Source: Clostridia bacterium (GTDB lineage: Bacteria; Bacillota; Clostridia; Oscillospirales; CAG-272). Taken from it: DNA of 64,000 nt. A program made the translations under genes and the position numbers. Under the pieces are notes generated by a model. The model saw only the letters and a program-made list of their open reading frames with translations, had not been told where the DNA came from and did no database searches. The stretch covers positions 145,889 through 209,888 of the forward strand of contig JAFVXI010000013.1 of the NCBI GenBank assembly GCA_017501245.1. Reading direction: 5' to 3'. This document shows, piece after piece, positions 57,820 to 64,000 of this stretch. Numbering within the stretch: position 1 is the stretch's first letter; the number at the start of each line of letters is the position of its first letter.

Positions 57820-58203
57820 ATGACGATGACAAACATCCTTTTAGCATTTCTCGCAGGCGGAGCTATCGCCTCCACCGTTCAGATATTCATCGACAAAACA
57901 AATCTTACACCGGCAAGGCTGCTCGTCTTTCTCGTTTCCTTCGGCGTCTTTCTTTACGCCGTCGGAGCATACGAGCCCCTCTTCGAGATCTTCGGCTGTG
58001 GGGTTTCCGTGCCGCTGATAGGCTTCGGAGCGACCATCGCACGAGGCGTCAAGGAGGCGATAGATTCCACGGGTGCCTTAGGTATCCTCACAGGCGGGCT
58101 GACAGCAGGAGCGGCAGGCATAACGCTCTCTCTTATGATAGGGCTCGGCTTCTCCCTGGCAGGTCACGGAAAGCGGCGTAATATTCCAAAAATTCGCCGC
58201 TGA
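57820..58203 (+). CDS. spoVAE: stage V sporulation protein AE (SpoVAEb type)
   Basis: LAFLAGGAI ... SVPLIGFGATIARG ... GILTGGLTAGAAGI, typical of SpoVAEb. Confidence 0.8.
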   Translation: MTMTNILLAFLAGGAIASTVQIFIDKTNLTPARLLVFLVSFGVFLYAVGAYEPLFEIFGCGVSVPLIGFGATIARGVKEAIDSTGALGILTGGLTAGAAGITLSLMIGLGFSLAGHGKRRNIPKIRR

Positions 58204-58247
58204 CAGCCCCTCTTGGATTGTTAACTTTATTTTACCTCCGTCATCCG

Positions 58248-58296
58248 GCGGCAGAGACTCAAAGCCCGTCAGAGGGGCAGCTCTGCCGCATTTTTT
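58248..58296 (+). terminator. rho-independent terminator after the spoVA operon
   Basis: GCGGCAGAG ... CTCTGCCGC stem followed by ATTTTTT. Confidence 0.7.
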
Positions 58297-58344
58297 CGTG
58301 TTAATTAATGTTTACGAAAATTTAGCCTTTTTCGGCTTCTCTAC

Positions 58345-58373
58345 TTGATTTTTCATTATAACTATGTTATAAT
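58345..58373 (+). promoter_or_regulatory. sigma-A type promoter of dnaA
   Basis: TTGATT, 17-nt spacer, TATAAT. A one-mismatch DnaA box TGTTGATAA (58373..58381) abuts the -10 element. Confidence 0.5.
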
Positions 58374-58490
58374 GTTGATAACTAGCTGTATTTTTTGCGA
58401 GCGTGACGTGCATATGCGAGTACGAGCGCACGCGAGGAGTGGTCATTCTCCTCACTTTTCACGCTTTTTGCAAAATGCTTTCCGACTCTT

Positions 58491-59900
58491 ATGAAAGGAC
58501 TTATCATGGACGAAAATCAGAGCATAATGGAAGCGCTGATGCCGGTGCTTGAGACCAACGTAGGTGCAGCCCCCAGCATATTTAATCTGTGGTTTGGCGA
58601 GCTTAAGCTCTCATCTATCTCGGACACCGAGGCGGTCTTTATCGCCCCCACAGCCCTTAAGAAAAAGATACTTATCACCAAGTACATATCCCAGATAAAC
58701 AAGACCATCGAGGAGGTTCTCGGCTTTGCCGTTGACGTTAAGATCTTCACCCAGGATGAGCTTGACGCACCGCCACCCGAGGAGGACGACGATGACGATG
58801 ACGAGCTTCCCATCCCCGTTCCCAAGGGAGAGGACGACGGCAAGGAGGAGATAATCTCCGAGTTCATCTCCGGCACGTCGGATAAGGCGTCCATCGTCGA
58901 TAACTATACGTTTGAGAATTTCGTCGTCGGCTCGTCGAACACCTTTGCCAAGGCGGCGTGCATGGCTGTTGCCAAGGACCCCACGGTCTATAACCCCCTC
59001 TTCATCTACGGAAACTCCGGTCTCGGCAAGACGCATTTGCTCTATGCTATCATTAATTATATGAAGCATAATCATCCCGACCTCAAGATCGTTTATAAGA
59101 AGTGCGAGACCTTCCTTGCCGAGCTTATCGAGGCTCTTCAGTCGGGCGTCGTTGCACCCTTTAAGGAAAAATACCGTAAGTGCGACGTCCTTCTGATAGA
59201 CGATATCCAGTTCCTCGCAGGTAAGGAGATGACGCAGGAGGAGTTCTTCCACACCTTCTCCTCTCTTTACGAGTCCGAGAAGCAGATCATCCTCACCTCG
59301 GATAGACCCCCGAAGGACATCAAGCCGCTCAGCGACAGACTTAAGACGAGATTTGAGGGCGGCCTGCTTGCCGACGTTCAGCCCCCTAACTTCGAGCTCC
59401 GCATAGCCATAATCCGAAAGAAGGCGGACGATATCGGTCTCACTATCTCAAACGAGATGGTAGAATATATGGCAGAGAGACTGCAGAACAACATCAGGCA
59501 GATCGAGGGTGCGCTCAAGAGACTCTACGCCCTTTGCTCCTTCACCTCCTCCGAGGTCACAAAGGAGAGGGTAGACGAGGTCATTTCCATTATAGACCCC
59601 GGAAACATCCCGACCGATGCAATGATAGAAAAGATCCTAAACGCCGTCAGCAAGCACTACGGCATCGACGTCGAAAGCCTGAAGTCAAAGCAGAAGACCG
59701 ACTCTATCGCAAAGGCAAGACACGTTGCAATCTATCTACTCAGAACTATGACCAGCCTGACTCTCAAGGAGATCGGCGGCATATTTGACAGAAACCACTC
59801 GACCGTAAAGTCCTCGATAGACTACGTAGACCTCAACATCAAGACGGTCAACGGCTACGAAAGAGAGATCAAGCAGCTCAAGAAGCAGATCAAGAGCTGA
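58491..59900 (+). CDS. dnaA: chromosomal replication initiator protein DnaA
   Basis: AAA+ Walker A (GNSGLGKTHL), DDIQFLAGKE, and the domain IV helix (SIAKARHVAIYL ... HSTV). An alternative start is at 58506 (MDENQ). Confidence 0.97.
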   Translation: MKGLIMDENQSIMEALMPVLETNVGAAPSIFNLWFGELKLSSISDTEAVFIAPTALKKKILITKYISQINKTIEEVLGFAVDVKIFTQDELDAPPPEEDDDDDDELPIPVPKGEDDGKEEIISEFISGTSDKASIVDNYTFENFVVGSSNTFAKAACMAVAKDPTVYNPLFIYGNSGLGKTHLLYAIINYMKHNHPDLKIVYKKCETFLAELIEALQSGVVAPFKEKYRKCDVLLIDDIQFLAGKEMTQEEFFHTFSSLYESEKQIILTSDRPPKDIKPLSDRLKTRFEGGLLADVQPPNFELRIAIIRKKADDIGLTISNEMVEYMAERLQNNIRQIEGALKRLYALCSFTSSEVTKERVDEVISIIDPGNIPTDAMIEKILNAVSKHYGIDVESLKSKQKTDSIAKARHVAIYLLRTMTSLTLKEIGGIFDRNHSTVKSSIDYVDLNIKTVNGYEREIKQLKKQIKS

Positions 59901-60181
59901 TAGTTTTCAACATTTTCCTGTTGAAAACCGTATGGAAAAGCTGTCGAAAACCGATGGCTCAACCTGTCGGAAACTCTGTCGGTTTTTTTAAACAGTATTC
60001 ATCCTCGCATCGAAATAGCGTGATGTTGAGAAAATCAGGCGTTTCTTCCTTGATTTTCAAGGTGTTTTTGACTTTTCGACACAATCGACAGCATTATTAC
60101 GACAACTATTAACTAATAAACTATGAATGTATTCTTTGAAGAGCGGAAAAAATCCCGCCCGAAGATAATAAGGAGCTAACA
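59901..60181. other. oriC-like dnaA-dnaN spacer (box cluster plus AT-rich candidate unwinding element)
   Basis: Repeated TTTTC(A/G)ACA / TGT(T/C)GAAAA boxes at 59904, 59919, 59942, 60024 and 60073. Weaker copies at 59965, 59977 and 60082. AT-rich stretch at 60091..60135, directly before dnaN. Confidence 0.6.
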
Positions 60182-61333
60182 ATGAAATTTACAGTTCGTA
60201 AGTCGGATCTCATAGCAAGGCTTGCTCCCGCGATGGGCTCCGTATCAAATAAAAATACAATTACCGCCATCGAGGGCGTTCTCATCGAGACCCTCGACTC
60301 CGGCCTCATCCAGATCTCTACCTATGATATGAATAAGGGATACAGAGCGACGCTCGAGCCCGTTGTTATCGAGCGTGAGGGCAGCTTTATCATCAACGCC
60401 CAGCGCCTTTATCAGACCGTGCGTGTTCTCTCCGAGGATGAGATAACCTTCGATATAAACGATAAGCTCAACTGCGAGATCACCTCGGGCAAGTCCTCCT
60501 TCTCTATGTTTGCACTCAAGGGAGAGGAGTTCCCCAATCTTCCCGAGCTTACCACCGAGCGCGGCTTCACTGTTTCCTCCGAGATCCTTAAGAATATGAT
60601 CGGCAAGGTTGCGCATTCTATCGCCGAGCAGGACACGAGACCTATGCTCTGCGGTGCGTATTTCAAGGTAAAGGGTGACGGACTTGAGGTCGTTTCCTGC
60701 GACTCCTACACCCTCTCCAAGACCACGATGCTCTGCAGCATCGGCTCGCTCGCCATCGACGGTGAGGTCGGCTACTCCTTCATCATCCCCGGCCATGCTC
60801 TCGGCGAGCTATCAAAGATGCTCTCGGACGGCAAGGATGACACGGTAAAGTTCTACCTCTCGAGAAAGCATGCGATCGTCAAGAAGGGCGAGGTCACCTT
60901 CTTTACCAGAACCATTGACAGCGAATATATAGATTATAATAGGATAATTCCCCGTGATAACGACATCAAGGTCGTGGTTGACCGCGAGAGATTCCTCTCC
61001 GGACTTGAGAGAGCAAATATTATCGCCGAGGAGAAGATCCAGGGCGCAGGCAGAAGCTACGTTAAGCTCTCTATCGACCATCATTACCTCAACCTCACCT
61101 CCACCTCCGTCAACGGCGGAGTAAGCGACGAGATGGACTGTGTCCACGAGGGCGGAGACATCGTTATCGGCTTTAACTGCCGCTACCTCATCAATAGCGT
61201 GAGAGTTGCGGAGGGAGAGAACATCGTTATCACCCTCAAGGGCCCCAACCAGGCTATAACCATCGAGCCCGCAGAGCGTGACGACAACTTCTCCTACTTC
61301 TATATGATCCTCCCCGTCAGAATGAACGAGTGA
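60182..61333 (+). CDS. dnaN: DNA polymerase III subunit beta
   Basis: MKFTVRKSDL N-terminus and three-domain clamp length. AAGGAG RBS. Confidence 0.95.
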   Translation: MKFTVRKSDLIARLAPAMGSVSNKNTITAIEGVLIETLDSGLIQISTYDMNKGYRATLEPVVIEREGSFIINAQRLYQTVRVLSEDEITFDINDKLNCEITSGKSSFSMFALKGEEFPNLPELTTERGFTVSSEILKNMIGKVAHSIAEQDTRPMLCGAYFKVKGDGLEVVSCDSYTLSKTTMLCSIGSLAIDGEVGYSFIIPGHALGELSKMLSDGKDDTVKFYLSRKHAIVKKGEVTFFTRTIDSEYIDYNRIIPRDNDIKVVVDRERFLSGLERANIIAEEKIQGAGRSYVKLSIDHHYLNLTSTSVNGGVSDEMDCVHEGGDIVIGFNCRYLINSVRVAEGENIVITLKGPNQAITIEPAERDDNFSYFYMILPVRMNE

Positions 61334-61342
61334 TAGCTCTTT

Positions 61343-62491
61343 ATGAAAATAAAACGGCTATACGCCGAAAACTTCAGAAATATTAAGGAATGTGCGATAG
61401 ATTTTTCCCCCGGGGTAAACCTCCTATACGGAAACAACGCTGAGGGAAAGACGAACGCCATCGAGGGCATATATCTGTTTTCAAGAGGAAGATCTCACAG
61501 GACCTCCGACGACAGGGACATGATCCGCTTCGGAGCCGACGGATTTCATCTTAAGATAGAATATGAGACCGCCGAGGGCGAGGAAACGCTCGAATATTCC
61601 TGCTTTGGAAGAGAGCGCGTAAGACGCAAGAACGGCTATAAGATCTCACGCATCTCGGAGATGCTCGGCAGCTTCAAGTCGGTTCTGTTCTACCCCGATA
61701 ACCTCGAGATAGTCAAGGACGGCCCCGAGGAGCGCAGAGCCTTTCTGAATATTGCGGCGTCGCAGGTATATAGCTATTACCTGCCGATGTATACACGCTT
61801 CAAGGAGGCTCTCGAGGCAAGAAACAAGCTCCTCAAGCTCTCCAAGGAGCATTACATCGACCCCTCGGAGATCGAGGCGTGGTCGAGATCCATGGCGGAA
61901 TACGCATCGTATATCTACGTTATGCGCATTGAATACCTCAAGAGGCTAGAGGTGCATGCAAAAAGAATATCCCTTGAGCTATCCGGCGGTAAGGACGAGA
62001 TAAGCTTTGAATATAAGAGCGACGTCGCCTATAACGAGGATATCAAGGGAGAGGAAAATGAGGTCTTTGGCGTCAGGACGGATATCGACCGTGAGGCGCT
62101 TATGGAAAAATACGTCAGGATCCTCACCTCTGAGATACAGAGAGAGTGTGCCGTCGGCAGCTCGCTCTACGGCATCCAACGTGACGACATTATCATTAAA
62201 ATAAACGGAGTTTCGGCTAGGAGCTTTGCCTCTCAGGGGCAGAAGCGCTCGGTCGTCCTCTGTATGAAGCTTGCTGAGGGCGAGGTCATCCGCGAGATGT
62301 TCGGCGAATATCCCGTGTTCCTCTTCGACGACGTCCTATCGGAGCTAGACGAGCATAGGCGCAGATATCTTATCGACGGTATGAAGGACAGACAGATCAT
62401 CATTACCTCAACGGATAAGGATGAGCTTTCGGGCTGCGCCGACTCGGTGATCTTAGTGAAGGAGGGAGAATATGTACCTTCACATAGGTAA
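61343..62491 (+). CDS. recF: DNA replication/repair protein RecF
   Basis: Walker A (GNNAEGKTNAIEG), the SQGQKRS signature and FLFDDVLSELD (Walker B). Confidence 0.95.
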   Translation: MKIKRLYAENFRNIKECAIDFSPGVNLLYGNNAEGKTNAIEGIYLFSRGRSHRTSDDRDMIRFGADGFHLKIEYETAEGEETLEYSCFGRERVRRKNGYKISRISEMLGSFKSVLFYPDNLEIVKDGPEERRAFLNIAASQVYSYYLPMYTRFKEALEARNKLLKLSKEHYIDPSEIEAWSRSMAEYASYIYVMRIEYLKRLEVHAKRISLELSGGKDEISFEYKSDVAYNEDIKGEENEVFGVRTDIDREALMEKYVRILTSEIQRECAVGSSLYGIQRDDIIIKINGVSARSFASQGQKRSVVLCMKLAEGEVIREMFGEYPVFLFDDVLSELDEHRRRYLIDGMKDRQIIITSTDKDELSGCADSVILVKEGEYVPSHR

Positions 62492-62735
62492 CGGAAAAAG
62501 CTTAAAAAAGAAAAACGTAATAGGCATATTCGATCTCGACACTGCAACGGTGTCGGGCATCACGAAAAAATTCATTAATAATAATCAGCAAAGAGGCAGG
62601 GTCGAATACGACGACCTTGATCTGCCCAGATCCTTCGTTCTCGTCTCCGAGGATGACGGATACAGGATAAGGCTGTCGAGGATATCCACGGCCGGCCTTA
62701 AGCAGAGGGCAGAGGGCAGCTCTCAGGATTACTAG
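62472..62735 (+). CDS. remB: DUF370 protein (RemB / YaaB-like)
   Basis: MYLHIGNGKSLKKKNVIGIFDLD N-terminus. It occupies the conserved recF-gyrB position and overlaps the end of recF by 20 nt, with a GGAGGGAG RBS. Confidence 0.75.
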   Translation: MYLHIGNGKSLKKKNVIGIFDLDTATVSGITKKFINNNQQRGRVEYDDLDLPRSFVLVSEDDGYRIRLSRISTAGLKQRAEGSSQDY

Positions 62736-62761
62736 AAAATAACTAAGGAAATGGTAAACAC

Positions 62762-64000
62762 ATGTCAAACGAAGTGAAGAATTACGACGACAGCCAAATA
62801 CAGGTCTTAGAGGGACTTGAGGCGGTCAGAAAAAGACCGGGTATGTACATTGGTACGACCTCGCTGCGCGGCCTGCATCATCTCGTGTTTGAGATCGTTG
62901 ATAACTCCATCGACGAGGCTCTTGCCGGCGAGTGCGACTGCATAACGGTTACTATCTGGCCGGATAACAGCGTCTCGGTCCAGGATGACGGACGTGGAAT
63001 CCCCTCGGGCTTGAACGAGAAGCTCGGAAAGCCCACCCTTGAGGTCGTTTACACCGTGCTGCACGCAGGCGGTAAGTTTGGCGGAGGCGGATATAAGATC
63101 GCCGGCGGTCTGCACGGCGTCGGAGCCTCGGTCGTTAACGCTCTTTCCGAATGGGTAGAGGTTGAAAACTGCAGAGACGGTGAGAGATATACCGAGAGAT
63201 TCGAAAAGGGAGCGGTTGCAAGACCCTTTATGCACGAGGGCTCGTCCGACGGTAGGCACGGACTTTACGTCCGCTTCAAGCCCGATCCCACTATCTTTGA
63301 GGAAACGGTATTTGACTACGACATCCTTCTCACCCGTATGAGAGAGCAGTCCTTCCTTAACGCAGGCGTTAAGATAATCCTCAAGGATGAGAGAGAGGGA
63401 CAGGAGCGCGAGGAGGTCCTTCACTACGAGGGAGGCATCGTATCCTTCATCGAGTATCTCAATAACGAAAAGCGCGGCACTCCCATCCATCCCCAGGTCA
63501 TATATATGAAGGGTGAGGAGGACGGATCTATCGCCGAGGTGGCTATGCAGTATAACGATAGCTACAACGAGACGATCATCTCCTTTGCAAATAACATGGC
63601 GACTATCGAGGGCGGTACGCACGAGACCGGCTTCAAGAACGCTCTTACCAAGGCTATAAATGACTATGCCAAGAAGGCAGGCGTCATCAAGCCCGACGAC
63701 AAGGGACTTTCGGGTGACGACGTCCGTGAGGGCCTCGTAGCCATAATTTCGGTAAAGCTGACCGACGCTCAGTTTGAGAGCCAGACGAAGGCAAAGCTCG
63801 GAAACTCCGAGATGAGGCGCCTGACCGATAAGATCGTTTCCGCAAAGCTCGAGGAGTTCTTTGAGGAAAACCCCGCCGTCGGTAAGATCATTATAGAAAA
63901 GGCAATGGCGGCAAACCGCGCCCGCGAGGCAGCGAGAAAGGCGAGAGAGCTTATCAGACGTAAGTCGGCGCTCGACTCCTCTCCCCTCCCCGGCAAGCTC
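62762..64000 (+). CDS. gyrB: DNA gyrase subunit B, N-terminal part (3' end cut by window edge)
   Basis: YDDSQIQVLEGLEAVRKRPGMYIG ... HHLVFEIVDNSIDEA ... GGLHGVGASVVNALS. The frame is open to the window end, which is why it is absent from the ORF track. Confidence 0.95.
   Translation, partial: MSNEVKNYDDSQIQVLEGLEAVRKRPGMYIGTTSLRGLHHLVFEIVDNSIDEALAGECDCITVTIWPDNSVSVQDDGRGIPSGLNEKLGKPTLEVVYTVLHAGGKFGGGGYKIAGGLHGVGASVVNALSEWVEVENCRDGERYTERFEKGAVARPFMHEGSSDGRHGLYVRFKPDPTIFEETVFDYDILLTRMREQSFLNAGVKIILKDEREGQEREEVLHYEGGIVSFIEYLNNEKRGTPIHPQVIYMKGEEDGSIAEVAMQYNDSYNETIISFANNMATIEGGTHETGFKNALTKAINDYAKKAGVIKPDDKGLSGDDVREGLVAIISVKLTDAQFESQTKAKLGNSEMRRLTDKIVSAKLEEFFEENPAVGKIIIEKAMAANRAREAARKARELIRRKSALDSSPLPGKL

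Noticed and set aside
58312-58446. A 44-codon minus-strand ORF upstream of dnaA, the same length as ribosomal protein L34 (rpmH), which normally sits there.
   Set aside because: The translation MTTPRVRSYSHMHVTLAKNTASYQHYNIVIMKNQVEKPKKAKFS bears no resemblance to the Arg/Lys-rich L34 sequence. The GAGGAG lies only 1 nt from the ATG, and the ORF runs through the dnaA promoter.
58297-58490. An expected cluster of DnaA boxes upstream of dnaA (the first half of a bipartite oriC).
   Set aside because: I found only one box within one mismatch (TGTTGATAA, 58373..58381). I therefore do not annotate this region as an oriC half, only as the dnaA promoter region.

Overview
This window is an origin-proximal chromosomal segment from a spore-forming, Clostridia-type Firmicute with strongly G/C-ending codons. 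I call about 50 protein genes, almost all core housekeeping.

Gene content, left to right:
- GH32 fragment, a small 3-TM protein, a GNAT acetyltransferase, an OmpR/histidine-kinase pair, a MATE exporter, birA, an MBL hydrolase and a P-type ATPase.
- An Ile T-box leader with a type-2-like ileS, then spoIIE, the UPF0210 and ACT-domain pair, truB and addA (with no addB).
- An HtrA-like protease, then an operon of Re-citrate-synthase-like protein, GntR regulator, aconitase and isocitrate dehydrogenase.
- A CaCA antiporter, pfkA, an MGS-like protein, holA, a cyclophilin, a GuaB-family gene and asnA.
- A lipoprotein, apbE, rnfCDGEAB, and a NusG_II / Gx-transporter pair.
- hrcA-grpE-dnaK-dnaJ with CIRCE elements, alaS, spoVAC-D-E, and dnaA-dnaN-recF-remB-gyrB with oriC-like spacers.

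I see no rRNA or tRNA genes, no CRISPR array, no transposase, integrase or phage genes, and no recognisable defence or toxin-antitoxin module. I therefore cannot point to a clear novel multi-gene system.

The best leads are small-scale:
1. A 27-codon SpoVM-like ORF downstream of dnaJ that is missing from the ORF track.
2. A 42-bp direct repeat pair with a dense same-strand CAGAG cluster between two divergent promoters upstream of the citrate-synthase operon, and a GT-N-AC palindrome operator candidate just downstream of that operon's promoter.
3. A dnaA-dnaN spacer whose repeated boxes fit the Spo0A box at least as well as the DnaA box.
4. The upstream flank lacks rpmH/rnpA, and about two thirds of its coding bases are on the strand that would be head-on to a fork leaving this origin.
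5. A methylglyoxal-synthase paralog that has lost the catalytic residues.

All coordinates and motif calls were made by eye from the sequence, and no database searches were run.
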